Below are positions 23,736-63,149 of a stretch of 64,000 bases of DNA, one piece after another (position 1 is the first letter of the stretch; each line of letters opens with the position of its first letter). The translations under genes were made by a program, and so were the position numbers. Source of the DNA: Octopus sinensis (taxonomy: Eukaryota); NCBI RefSeq assembly GCF_006345805.1, contig NC_042999.1, positions 130,014,001-130,078,000 on the forward strand. Reading direction: 5' to 3'. The notes below the pieces were generated by a model. It worked only from the letters and a program-made list of their open reading frames with translations, had not been told where the DNA came from and searched no databases.

Positions 23736-25310
23736 CTATAATACTTCAGATATGTATGATTAATATTGGTTTCTAAGTTTAAAAAATCGGCGTGGCTGTG
23801 TGGTAAGAAGCTTGCTTCCCAACCACATGGTTCAGTCCCACTGCGTGGCACCTTGGACAAGTGTTTTTCTACTATATCCTCGGGCCGACCAAAGCCTTGT
23901 GAGTGGATTTGGTAGACGGAAACTGAAAGTAGCCCGTAGTATATATGTATGTACCCCTCGCTATCGCTAGACAACCAATGCTGGTTTGTTTATGCTCCCG
24001 TAACTTAGCGGATTGGCATAAAAGACTGTTAGAATAAGTATGAGGTTTACAAAGAATAAGTCCTGGGGTCCATTTCTTTGACTAAAGTCCTTTAAGGTGG
24101 TGCTCCAGAATGGCCGCAGTGAACTGACTGAAACAAAAGAATAAAAGAACAGTTGTTTTGTTAGTATAGTAGTGACTCTACTGTTAGATACTTTTTGTTT
24201 CTGTATAGGTGTCGAAGCAAAAAAAAAAAAAATCCCTTCATATAGCTAAAAAATAAAGTCTTATAAGTCTAATAGATGCAAGCGTGGCTGTGTGTAGTAA
24301 GAAGCTTCCTTCCCAACAACATGGTTCTGGATTCTGTCCCACTTTGTAGCACCTTGGACACTTCAGGCTAACCGAAACCTAAAGAGTGGATTTGGTAGAT
24401 AGAAACTGAAAGAAGCCCATCGTATACCTGTCTGTCTTTGTGTCTGTGTTTGTCCCCCACTACCACTTGACAACTTGTCCCTAATCCTAGCGGTTCAGCA
24501 AAGGATATGGATAGAATAAGTACCAAGTATAACAAAAAAGTAAGTACTGGGATCGATTCATTGGACTGAAAATTCAAAGTAGCATGACCTCAGTCTAATG
24601 ACTGAAACAAGTAAAAGATAAAACTATAAACAGGTCTGTCTTGTTAAATATATACTTTCAGCATCATTGTTATTGTTTTATCGTCCATCTTTTCATGCTT
24701 GCATGGGTCTGATGAAGTTTATTGAGGGAGATTTTCTATGGCAAGATGCCCTTCCTGTTTCCAAGTGAGGTAATTTTTTCCCTGTGGTCAGACATGTTTG
24801 CACAGGATATTGAAAATGAGTGACACTCAAAAAATAAGTTATGTGATATCAAGACAGGGATACAAGTATACACTCACTCACATACACCCATGGGGGCTTC
24901 TTTTAGTGTCCATCAACCAGATCCATTTACAAGGCTTTGCTTATCCCATGGTTATAGTAGAAAACACTTTCCAAAGTGGCATTTGATGGGACTGAATCTA
25001 AAACCATGTGGTTTAGAAGCAAGCTTCTTACCCACACAGTCATGTCTGTGCCTTAATATATTTAATATACATCTTTTAAATGATCATGTTAATGTACTTC
25101 TGGTTTTTGTTTCTATCTTTTGAATTTATGAGGAAAACGTGATGTACTTGTTGACCCTAGTGAAAGTTTTAAATATCTTCTCTGATGTTGAATATAATTA
25201 AATGTTTTTTTTTTGTTTAGCCTCTGGCTTTTTATACAGGGCAGAAAAAAAAAGGAATAATTTTCTCATAGTGTAGTATAAATTATTTAACCTAACAGGC
25301 CTAAAAGACT

Positions 25311-26340
25311 ATTTCATTTCATTTCATTTCATTTCATTTGGGTTTGAGTCCATGCTCAGGCCAAGTCGAAGACTCCACCCTCAGAGTCTGGTGTGGTTGC
25401 CAGGTTGTATTCTCTGCTTAATTTTGACATGTGTAGGAGCGAGTTTGAGTCAGTTTGTGCTCGTTGTGTATATCCTGGGAGATGGGGTTCATCTCTAATG
25501 GTGCTTAAGTATCTATCCAGTTGCAATTTGAATGATTCCACACTGCATCCTGATAGATTTCTGACATGTACCGGAATGGAGTTGAACAGTTGTGCTCCTC
25601 GAACCAACAGACTTGATTCTCGCAGGGTTTTTGCTGCCTGGCCAGCCTTTTTGTTGATTGGTGGCAGCTGGCAGCGTCTTCCGTGGCGCAGTGAGTGGTA
25701 GGTTTTGATACCAAAGTTTGGCACCTTCTGCTCTATCATTTTCCAAATGTATATAATTCGGTATCGCTCAAATCTTCTTTCTATTGAGTACATCCTCAAG
25801 GTTTTGAGTCTTTGCCAATAGTCCAGGTCCCTCGTTTCTGAGAAGTATGAGGTAAAATTTCTTTGGAGCGATTCCATCTTAGATAGTTGGCCCTTTGTTG
25901 TTGGTGACCACAACTGAGAACAGTAGTCAATCCTCGGAAGTATCATACTGTTCCAGAGGGTTTTCATTGTTGAGGTATCTCTTGATTTGAAGGTGCGCAA
26001 GATCCACCCGCTGTACTTTCTTGCAGTAAGACAGACTGAGTCAAGGTGTTCTCTGAATTTTAGGTTGGTTCCCATGTGGATGCCTAAATCTTTCACATAC
26101 TGTTTTTCCATTATTTGTTGTCCTGATGGGTTTCTGTAGTTTGTTGTATTTTTCAGATCTTGATTTGTTCCGTAGCGAATTAGTTCAAACTTCTTATCAT
26201 TGAACATGTTGTTTGTTTCCTGCCATTTATATATGGTGGTCAGGTCCTTTTGTAAGGCCTCTGTATCCACCTCGTCTTTGATTTGTCTCATGACCTTGGT
26301 GTCATCAGCAAAGGATGAGACGTTGCTGGTTGAGACCAGT
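25311..26340 (-). mobile_element. 5'-truncated CR1-clade LINE (RT C-terminal half), little decayed
   Basis: Uninterrupted frame of about 330 aa: FADDTK..DL..IYKW..VKDLG..LPRIDYCSQLWSP..LDYWQRLK.L.MYS.ERR. (ATGAA)n tail at 25311-25339. Antisense in the TGR 5' intron. Confidence 0.92.
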
Positions 26341-28199
26341 TTAGAAGAAAAAATGTGAAACAAAACATTGTTATTGTGGTTGTTAGTTAAAAAATAGAAC
26401 TGAATATGTCTTATTGAAACAAAACAAAACAAAAAAAGTTGGTGACAAAATACCTAAATCACAATTACAATCAATTTTTTTCTTAAAAACTATTGAATAA
26501 ATTTCTTAATTTTATTAAAAAAATAGTGAATAAAATATTCTTGTAGCACTACTGTACATCATGAATATACATGATTTACTTTTGTTATCCAATGTTTTAG
26601 TTCTTTTTACTGGAATTAAGACAGTTTCTTGATCACATACATTTTAATGTAAGACACACAGCCTGCATTCATGACTAGAAAATAAAATAAAATAAAAATT
26701 TAACATGATGCTGGATTATTGATCTAAAGTACACCAGTTTTAGATTATTGATCTAATGTATCCATTTTTTTAAGGATGTAGGATGGATGTATTGTAAAAG
26801 AATATGAGAAACAACTGTTTTGTTATTTAACATTACTGAACATTATTAATAAGTAATGATATTTTTATACTAACCTTTTCTTCAGGGAAGGCTATTGTTC
26901 ATGATCTTTTGAACAAAACAATAATTAAAAAGTTAGAATATCATATGCCTTAAATAAAGTGGTAAGTTGGCAGAATTGTTTGCACACTGGGCAAAATGCT
27001 TAGTGGAATTTCGTCTGCCCACCAAGGTCTACTTTACCTTTCATTTCAAGGTTGATAAAATAAATACCAGTTGAGCAATGGGATTGATGCAAATGATTTA
27101 CGCCCTCCCCTGAAATTGCTGAACATGTGCTAAAATTTGAAACCCATGCCATAGGCCTTAATTAGATCACCATATTTGCCTTTGTATAATACACAATAGA
27201 GGAATTGTTTTTAATATAAAAAATGTGTCCATATGTAATGTGTGATTTTGCTACAAGTGTTTCTCATTGAAATGTCATTGAAGTGTTTATCATTGTTTTT
27301 TGTTTTAATATCATCACATTAATCCACTGTTTTTAGTCTTTGAATCACAATTGCTTTCCACCAGCTGTTCACTCGTATTTTCATTATCATCATCATCAGC
27401 GATTTCTTAACATTTTTGTTAACTTTGAACTATCAGATTAAAATTGATGTTCTCATGCTGCTTTTTATCTTCATTGTTTTCACATCCATTTTTCCATGTT
27501 CATATGTTTGGACAGAATTTGAGGCGGACTGAATGCTCTTCCTGTCACCAACTCACTGTTTTCAAGTGAGGTAATATTTCCCCATTGTTAGACATGTTTT
27601 CATGGAAAATTGGAAATAGACACTTGACTGACGGTGACACTTGTTTACAATAATCACTCAACATCAAGACAAGGAGTCCCAAACTCACACACATATACAT
27701 ATGTGTGACAAGTTTCTTTTGATGTCAATTGAATCCACTCACAAAGCTTTGGTTTGCTTGCAGCTATAGTAGAAGACACTTGCCCTAGGTGTCATGTGGG
27801 ACTAAACTTGGAATCAAGTGGTTGGGAAGCAAGCTTCTAAATAAGTCATGTCTGTGCTTTCTTTATCCACAATAAAATTTCTTACATTGAAGGCTTTACT
27901 ACCTGAGGCAGTAAAGTTATGATTGTGATTTTATACATTCAAAATATACTGTTTTCAACTTTTTATTTAAAGGATTTATTGATATAGATGTCCAGTGGCT
28001 GTAAAATGCATGTGAACTAACAAGGAATGACAAGTATATTATGGCTCTTGTAACTTTCCATCCATATTGCTGAGGATCCTTTCATTGAACATTATGCGCA
28101 AATTTACTCTCTTCAGGCAGCATTTTCTTTGAATATTACAAAATATTACTACTGTCAGCTATAGCAAGAAATTACTGTACAACACTTGGTTTTTCTTTT

Positions 28200-28640
28200 G
28201 CAAACCAATGATAACATTGTTGAAATTGAATATGTGCTTTTTCAAAGCCTTTAGGCATATATTGATCAATGAATCTGCAACATGTACTAGTAGAATGACA
28301 ATTTATAAAATGTGTAAGCCAATTATGACTTGCCTTCATATAAGAATTAAGAATCACAGTTTGCTTTAGTTTCAGAGATTGACAACATATTTTATTTGAA
28401 ACACTATAATAACATTCTCTCAGATAATGAAAATGTTTTCATTCTCTTCTATCAAACAAATACCAGCAATTTTTTTCCCTTCTAAATGCTCTTCAATTTC
28501 TTGATGCAGTGCTTAATTTTTCTTGCAAAATTTGCTTGACTGCGTCATAATTTCCTTCAGCTATTTTTGCTATTTGAAGTTTTTTTTCTAGTTTAAGAGT
28601 GACAATGCTTTGAAGCATTCATATCGAAGATTATGATGTA
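28200..28640 (-). mobile_element. Tigger/pogo (CENP-B-type HTH) transposase N-terminal remnant
   Basis: Frameshifted LSL..KLQIAK..EG, EIEEHL..CW and KASHNWLTHFINCH (cf. KAS.GWL..F..RH). Confidence 0.5.
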
Positions 28641-29221
28641 ACCTGCGTGCAGGAAGTTACATATAAATTATAGAGAAAAACAAGTTCATGATGTGATTTT
28701 TGTATTTTCAAACTGAATAAATTTTAAAAGGCACAGTATGATCACAATAGCTGCCAGCCTACTGACTGTGCTAACACTCCATGTTTGAAAGATGAGGTGT
28801 AAAGATTGTGGAAGGTCCATTAATGATGTCCCTACTGTGCACCATGTCTTGGTGCACAGCAGGGGTATATCTTGGTTACAAAGAGCGATTCATCATCATC
28901 AAAAACTCAGGAAGGCGTCAAAATAGATACTAAAAGCAAAATTAATGAAACTAGATCGAAAAGTTATAAAAGGTTGTGGTAGGTCAAAAACAGCATACTA
29001 GTTCAGTATAGCTGAATCAAATGACCCTGCTCTTTACTAAGGAAATAGATTTGTTAATGTGTAATTCGAACTTCTTCCCGATAACATGAAATTTGCCCAT
29101 TTCCCATTGAATAACTTTAAAAATCAGCTATTGCTTCATATGTTGTCTTCGGGAGTGTTTAGGTTACCTCCCTTCATTACATGTGTATTTGAGTATGTGT
29201 TTGTGGGGATATTGGTAAATT

Positions 29222-29660
29222 ACACTGTGTAACACGATTTTTGTCTTGGGTAGCAACTGTTATTTCCCATTTGCTTATCTGTAGAAAGTATGATAAATGA
29301 CTAATATTTCCTGCTAACTTTGCTTTTGTTACATTTATTGAAATCTTAAAGAATCCCTCTCAACACATAGCTATGATGTTCCCCTGCTACTCCTGCTCAT
29401 GATAGCCACTAAGGGACTTGCTCAAGTGGTTAAGGTCAAGCAAATCTGTGGTATTGAGCAGAATATTTATATAATATTTCTACTTCAGCAGTTCAGTGCA
29501 GAATCTATCTGAAATGCAATGGAAGCTATGTCAGTTTCAAAACATTGATGTACAGGTCACAGAAGCAAAGTTTGAAGGGAATAGTTGTAATTTCCTTCAA
29601 TTTCTAGATAAAAACAAATAGAAAATAACACTTACTGACCAAAGACTAAAATAAATAATT
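29222..29660 (+). repeat. Dispersed repeat of about 430 bp, second copy at 54064-54460
   Basis: Shared TACACTG..TAACACGATTTT..AAAGAATCCCTCT..GCTCAAGTGGTTAA.GTCAAGC..GTATTGAGCAGAATATTT..TTTCAAAACATT..AAATAGAAAATAACACTT. Confidence 0.75.
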
Positions 29661-29780
29661 TTATGGTATTTTAGGATATATACTCTCTTAGAAATTAAAA
29701 AAAAAAATTCTTATCAATGTCTAACTTCATTTAATTTTGTTAATTTTCTCTTGCAGGTTTTTATCAGAATAGCAGACATT

Positions 29781-56206
<26,426 letters not shown>

Positions 56207-56331
56207 TTTGCTGCTGCCCTCTATACACCTTGGTAAAGTATTTAAAGTGAGATAGTTTGTTTCATTACTGAATGAAACATCTTCAATAATCTTTTACCAA
56301 GGTGTGGGCAGCAGCATTGACCAAAACAGTG

Positions 56332-56442
56332 TGGTGCTAAATTGGTTACTTGCATTTGTAATATGCTTCTATGACGATTATGTTTTTGAAATCCTTCATT
56401 TGAGGAAGAAACTGATCTGATCCTGTAACCAGTATTGTGCCA
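56332..56442 (+). promoter_or_regulatory. SECIS element, type II, TGR 3' UTR
   Basis: ATGA (56371-74) pairs opposite TGAT (56418-21). Helix II GATTATGTTTTT / AGAAACTGATC, unpaired AAA at 56389-91, apical mini-helix CCTT..GAGG. About 170 nt after the Sec codon. Confidence 0.85.
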
Positions 56443-56748
56443 TATCTTAGAAATTCTGTCAACAAAATATTCATCTATATGTATCAAAAACTTTAGTACA
56501 ACTTTTGCAAATTTGAATTCACTATATTAGTGGGGTGTTGGGAAAGGGCTAAGGCTATATATTAGACTAAAATACATTACTGTCCCTTTTGGTTTTTCCT
56601 TCTCAGTTTTGTTGGTTGGTGTTTTCATCTGATACTTGGTAAAATAAATACCAGTATCTTATCAAGTGAAATCATTGCATTAAACCACTATTCTGACGAA
56701 ATTGGCCTTGTGCCTATTAAAGAAATTATTTTAAAATGTTTTCCTACT

Positions 56749-56943
56749 AAGGCCGTGAGCTGGCAGAATGCTTAGCGGTATTTTGTCTGTCTTTGCTCTT
56801 TGTTCAAATTCTGCCAAGGTCATCTTTGCCTTTCATTCTTTCAGGGTCGATAAATTAAGTACCAGTTACATACTGGAGTTGATCTAATCGACTGGCCCCT
56901 TCCCCCAAAATTTCAGGCCTTGTGCCTAGAGTAGAAAAAAAAC
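56749..56943 (+). mobile_element. Full-length SINE downstream of the SECIS
   Basis: Head AAGGCCGTGAGCTGGCAGAATGCTTAGC; TSD AATGTTTTCCTACT (56735-48) / AATGTTTTACTACT (56944-57). Confidence 0.85.
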
Positions 56944-57769
56944 AATGTTTTACTACTGTATTTTTTTCAATAATTATAGAACCAAAACTATAGAACCAAG
57001 GGCAGTCATAGGTTAATGTGTTATAGAGAAAAAGAAATACTTGAATATTTTAATGACAGGATTTCTTGAAACATTGAATATTAATACAATAAAAGAATTT
57101 TATTTTAAGAATACACTTTTTCTAAAAATTCAAAGTGGAATCAAATCAGTTAGAAATTCCTTGATCACATGTTGGCTTATAGTTTTGTGCCTTCTGATTA
57201 TATTATTGATGCTGATTTAATTACGGGTTCTTATTCTGTATTTGGTGGAAATCAATAAAGGAAAAAAAAATATATATCACTATCATTATTGTTACTGGTT
57301 GTTTGCTAAGGTAATTTTATTAATTATCTAATGAAGTAGGTTAGTATTTAAAAAATATTTTTACACTCATTATTTCATGGTAGATGTTTGTGACAGTATA
57401 AACAGTATAATGATGTGACTAAATCTTCTCTTGTCTGTCTTGAAATCCCGTTAGGGCTGGTTTTATTTTTTCTCATTCTAGTACCAATAAAATACTAGGT
57501 ATGTACTGATGGGAGTTGGATTTAATTGACTTATATATACCTTCTTCAGTACAAATTTGACTTTGTGCCAGTTAAGAATGCATTTATTTTATCAACACCA
57601 GTGAAATGAAAGGCAGAACTGATGCTGGTGGATTAGAAGAAAAAATGTTATTGGCTACAAGGGCTCCAAAAAACATTTAAGACAATATAAAGACAAAGAG
57701 CAGTGGGAATTTACATAAATATGTATAAACAATAAAAGCAGCAACAGTTAAGAAAATTATAACAATTTC

Positions 57770-60480
57770 CCCAATGGGTGGGTGGGAAACAATCTGAGGC
57801 AACCCCTATACATCCTGACTGAACTTACTCACCAGGAGTACCCTGGCAAGTGTCCTTCTTCGCCATACTTCTCATCCTACAGGCACACATTTAAAGTAAG
57901 GGTTAGGTTCGATTATTCTTGCAACATTCACCCACCTTTCAACAAATTTAAGGGCAACACCTTTCTCTCAACGATTATTTTCAAAGTGGAACCTGAAAAA
58001 ATCGATGCAGATTTAATTGAAAAGGAAAGCTCTATCTTCAATCTTTTCAACCTCATTCATCACAACCACTAAACAGAAGAAAATTGCCTGTCCTTCCCAA
58101 CCAAAGGAAGGCGATGTACCTGTCTTTACGATGGATTCGGTCGATATCCGGATCCATCCTACACGTGAAAGCAGCTGTTTGACATAATCTACAAGTCAGT
58201 AATGCTCGATTACTGTACTGGCGTGTGCATGATTGTTTCGTCCTTCAGTGCACAGTTGACGACACTACCATATTTGCAAAGTTTATCCCTGACCTGCAAT
58301 GCCTCTCGGTAACACTGCTGGGTGAGGGATTTCTGGAAATTATCCATGGGTTCCGGCCGGAAAATCCTCAGGAAAAGACCTGTTAATTGACTTTCATCGA
58401 CGCTGTTTCTCCGAGGGCATCTCACTCTTACCACTAATCCTGTATACAACATCATGGCAGAAGATCCACCCTTTGCTTTTCTGACTAGCTAAGGGCTGTG
58501 AGCGCCTGACAGTACTCAAAGTACCATGCATCTTGCTTCGGTCTACCCTTGATCCAGGATTGCAACTCTATCAGAGGAACGGCTCCGTCCGTCCAGCGCC
58601 TTAAGACGATGTTGGATGATATGGACCTCTCCGGGTGCCTAGCCACAGACCCAACAACTTCAGGTTAATTTTCGCTCTTGTCACTGATAGAAGTAACAGA
58701 ATTGTGCCGATCACCTCAATGTGTCTGGTGTCTAACGCTATTTCGATGACGTCTGCGTATGCAAATACAGGTCTTCCTCCTAGTTGCTGCGGGTTTTCGC
58801 TCAAAACTTTCAGCTTCTGCAATAGTGGCTCTAGAGTCAGTTTGTACAGAAGTTACGAAAGTAAACACCCTTGACGGACTGCACGCTTGATATGAACAGT
58901 TCCGACAAGTGGCCATTTACTCTGACCACTAAGCAAATGTCCGCCAACTATTGCTGGTCGATCCTATCGTAAACTTTCAACTGATCTAAATTGATCAGAA
59001 CTCCACTCATGGTAGGTTCTTTACCCACCCTTTCTATGGTGTATCTCGCGAGATGGATGTCGCAGATAGATCTACTTGGTATGCCACAAGTCAATGTTTC
59101 ACCTGCCAGAGTGACGATGGCAACCGTCAACTTAGCTATCATCTTAACCAAAATCTTCAGCTCTGCATTTAACACGGTTAATGGGGACTGGAAGTAGTTA
59201 GAATATCCCCCCCCCCCGTTCAGGGTCTTAGCAGTACCACTTCATTTTTTACAGGACTGGGAATTCTCCCATTCCATTGTCAGTTATCGAGAGGTGCCCG
59301 AGCAAGTCTGGCATATGAAGGTAAAGCACGTGGAGCAGACCGTCTAGCCCCGACAACTTCTCCCTCCTCCATCGCTTTCCGTATTTCGTTAGCTGTTATC
59401 GACCTTTTGCAGAACTCTATATCCCCGGTCGAGAGCTGCGGTAGGCTGTTAAGATAGACTGTAAGATCCAATCCTGCTTCCGCTCCATCTCCAAATAGCT
59501 GAGCGAATTACCATTGAAAAGCCATACACATCTGCTTGGAATCGAGTCGTATGTGTTCTTTCCGATTGTCAAAGACCGAATTGTGGCTTTGTTTCCACGT
59601 TTTACTGTTGTAGTTCAGGTCCCTCGAATGGCTTTCATTCTTTCATGTTTTAGAGCGTGCATCCTAGCTCTGACAACACAATCTTCGTGCTTAGCGTTGA
59701 TGAACCGGTCAAGAGCTAATTTCGATGTCAGCACGCTAGTAGCAATTCCTTTTCTAGGCTATTAACTAGCTTTCTCTCTACCCTAGAATTCTCTGTCACT
59801 ATTTCTTTACTGAACCTAATAGATTTTGTTACCATTTTCAGGGTTTACCACCATTGGTTGTTGACGACTACCCCTGTCAACCGCCTCTTAACTAGTTCTT
59901 TAATCAACTCTCTGTAAACTAGGCGCACGAGTAAAGATACGTTCATCTTCCTGTAACCAGGTTTCCGTCTATACAGCCTTTTTAGGTCGACTGAACAGAT
60001 CACAAACTTGTGGTCTGTGTAGCCGACAATTGAATTGTTGACAATCTCTGCTATTCCTATCCAGTATACATTATATAGATTCGATTTGAATAACACAATG
60101 CTGTGAACCCATGTCTACATTGGCGCAACTGGAACATTCATTCGGTACCTGTTAGTCAGTGAGAAAAGAGTGCAGGTTTGTGAAGCTTTTACACCCTTCT
60201 ATCAGCTAACCCCACACAGTCCAGACGTACATTCAGGATGGTGTCCCAATCGCCCACGAGCGATAAAGTGCAGGACTTTCTCTGGGAGCGAAGAAATTCA
60301 GCCACCTTGCTCCGGCAGGTGACAAGTCTAAAGGTACCACCTTCGATACTGTTCGGGTCCTTTACAAAACAGCACCACCATCGCGTCCCCAACTATTCCG
60401 GGCTGAGCAAGAGATGCAAAGATTTCAAAATCGCCAAAAATAGGTGCTAAGGCACGTATGTCGGAAATTCTGGTCTTACC
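57770..60480 (-). mobile_element. Degenerate L1/Tx1-clade LINE ORF2 (APE-RT-zinc knuckle)
   Basis: APE motifs LVGDWD.IL and TDHKFV; RT motifs LNAELKILVKM..TCGIPSRSI.D..LINLDQ.K.YDRIDQ; C-terminal ETIMH and RFHL..ERKVL..FVERW. Confidence 0.85.
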
Positions 60481-60559
60481 TTTGTGGGATAGAAAACTGA
60501 GTGTGTTAGTGAGGACTATCTGCCAATAAGTTACGTGACCTTCAGGAATTTCTAATGTG

Positions 60560-61290
60560 ACGAAAATGTTCCAAATGTAGAAACAATATTCCATTGAGGG
60601 CTTCCCGAGCTTTGTAGCGAGGAAATATTTTTAGTTCTGAGGAGGTGAGTTAGCCTCTGGGATTCGGTTTTTGTTATTAGGAAACGAGCGATTTTGATGG
60701 TTTTATTTGTGTATTGTCCAAGATTAGAGACATTGGATTTAAAAAAAGATGCTACCTTGATTGTGCAGTGGCTGTTACTGCGCTGTTGAAGAAGGTATGT
60801 CATGTCCTTGTTGGAGAATGCTTTGAAGGTCTTTGTTTAGTGAGGAAATGCAGGTTTCTCATGCGACGTTTAGGTTGTGTACGGATGACACATCTATGGA
60901 AATGTATAATCTGCATTAGAATGAGTTATTAGATGACTGTAAGCAGAATTGTTAATGACGAGTGTGAGCGACATACCTCATTTCTGTGAGCCCTGGGGTA
61001 CACCAGACTTGGGATTTGGCTCGGAAGGAATCCTATTTTTGCACGCTGTGCTGATGTGATCTAGCAGGAAAGCTTTGATCCAAAAGACAAAAGACGAAAG
61101 AACTTTTAGCAGGATAGTTTCATGCCAGATGCGGTCCAACTGTTTGCTAATGTTAAGAGTAAAGATATTATTTTCACAAAATTTCTTATGGTCGATAGAC
61201 CACGGGGGCAGTGGGGAATGGAGTGATTGGCACTGCACAACCCAGACAGTTGGCCCAATGGAAATATTAGATGGTTGTTGAGGGGGAAAA
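60560..61290 (-). mobile_element. CR1/Jockey-type RT fragment
   Basis: LNISKQLDRIWHETILLK..WIKAFLLD..SGVPQGS, then LNKDLQSILQ. Confidence 0.7.
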
Positions 61291-61769
61291 GGAGCTCATG
61301 ATGCTGGAGAACATTAGTTTTTTGAAATTGTTTTAAATTACCTTTCAGATAATAAAAATGGGATTGATGGATTAAAAGTTGTGAAAGAAGATGATTTGAT
61401 CTTCTTGGAGATAGGACACACAGCAGGTTTCAAAGTTTAGCATAAATCCTGGAGACTGTAACACTGAAAAGTTTGGTGAATATATAGGCTAGCTCTTGCA
61501 CACAGTGAGAGTACTGGAGGAGACAGATCCGTTGGTTTTCGATGGTTTGAAGTGGCAGAAAGTAGGTAATTTCCTATTTTACGTTCGTAAAATTAGTTGT
61601 TTTATTCTCAGTTTCATTTCAACTTAATAAGCATGTCTCGTGGACCTGCTACTGCTCCTCGTTTTATTGTAAATCTTAACTAAGTACTTACAAATCAGCA
61701 GATAATCATCTTTCATTGATTATAATCAATGAAAGGCATAGAATTAAGACACTGGCTCGATCTTTGTCA

Positions 61770-62140
61770 GATTCAGCAACTGGTATTGCTTGGCGTGTCC
61801 GCCGTGGATTGTTAAAGAATTCTCACATATGTCCAGTGTGCAACGTGCACTGTGGTCTTATAAACAGAGGAGGCATTAACGACATTGAGCTTGTGCCCAA
61901 GCTGCCACCACAAGTTCATTTGGCGAACTCATTTCAAAATAAGTCTTACATTTTTCCTTACTTTTCACTCGCTGAAATGTTTTATGCAAATAAACTTTTT
62001 TGCCGCATGTGTACGATGTCGAGTCAGTTGCAAATTAGTAGAAAATGCGGAAGCTTTCTCTTTAGGAATAGTGGATAGATGTATCCCGTTAAGTTGGTTG
62101 TTGACAAGAGACCAGAAGAATCAGCTGCAATTTGAGAGGT
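61770..62140 (+). mobile_element. Possible Merlin/ISXO2-like transposase N-terminal remnant
   Basis: WRVRRGLLKNSHICPVCNVHC..DI.LCPSCHHKFIWR resembles the C4 zinc-ribbon lead of Merlin transposases. No DDE motif seen. Confidence 0.35.
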
Positions 62141-62338
62141 GGGGAAGTTTTGCATGCTGTGCAATGCACGAAGACGGCAGTTGGTAGTCTTGAATGAGTT
62201 GCAGTTGTAGATAAAAGACACTTAATTGGTAGAAGTGGATTTTTTACTCATCAGGCGTTGTAGGTATCGTTATTAGCTTGTCCTGCTGAGATTATGAGCT
62301 TTGTTTATGTGGGAGATTTGAAGGAATACGCCTTAGAA

Positions 62339-63149
62339 CAGCGGCTCTTAACCCGGGCGTCATGACCCTTGTGGGGTGAGAAGGTCATTTGGGGTTTCTC
62401 GGGGGGAGTGGGTCACGGAGGGTTTGGGAGAAAATAATTTATTTCATATTGCGTTGCAGCGTTCCCTCAGATGACAACTATCTTGGATTTTATGCTAGAA
62501 GTTGAATGCAGTTTCCGTAAAGAGATAGCTCGTCTTCTGGCAATGACGCTAACTTCCTAGGATTAGATGACCGCTGTATTGATGCGTGGATCTACAGACC
62601 TTTTTCAGCGAAGGACAGTGCCATCAGTGATATTCATGTTGCTGCGAAGGTAGAATTGCTTCAAATTCGTGAGGATATTCAGTTGAAAGTCGATTTTTCT
62701 GAACAATGGATTCCGACATTTTGGGCGAAACTGAAACGATTTTTCTCTTCTTTCGATGCCTGCACGATCATGCTGATCCAGTCCCCCTCGACCTATAGCT
62801 GCGAGGCTGGATTCTCAGCAATGATGGCACTGAAAACGAAGGCATGCTTTGATGTACTTTTGATTACAAAACAATATCAATCATCTCACTGAGTGAATGT
62901 ATAGGTTTTGTATGATGTACAGTAGCTCCATGCGTTTTTTAGCACTTGTAGCATTTTTCAAGGTCATTTATTTATAATATTTTCAATAAATTAGGATCTT
63001 CTCAGAGAAGTTTTAACTTACCTTTGCACAAAGTTCACCATTACAAAATTTATTATAGGAGTCACCGTTACAAAATTTATTATATGTATCACGGTAATAC
63101 CCTGGAGAGTCTCAGGGGGTAAGACGACGAAAATGGTTAAAAACCATTG
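62339..63149 (+). mobile_element. Internally deleted hAT (Charlie-like) element
   Basis: TIRs CAGCGGCTCTTAACC / GGTTAAAAACCATTG; perfect 8-bp TSD CCTTAGAA (62331-38, 63150-57); STYSCEAGFSAMMALKTK dimerisation motif at 62790-62840. Confidence 0.88.

Noticed and set aside
25393-25746. Extra ORFs overlapping the CR1
   Set aside because: Antisense or alternative frames of the LINE ORF.
62240-62260. CTGATGAG on the minus strand as a second hammerhead
   Set aside because: No stem II or GAAA box follows. Other CTGATGA hits (224, 15281, 24714, 47312, 53155, 55104) also lack the fold.
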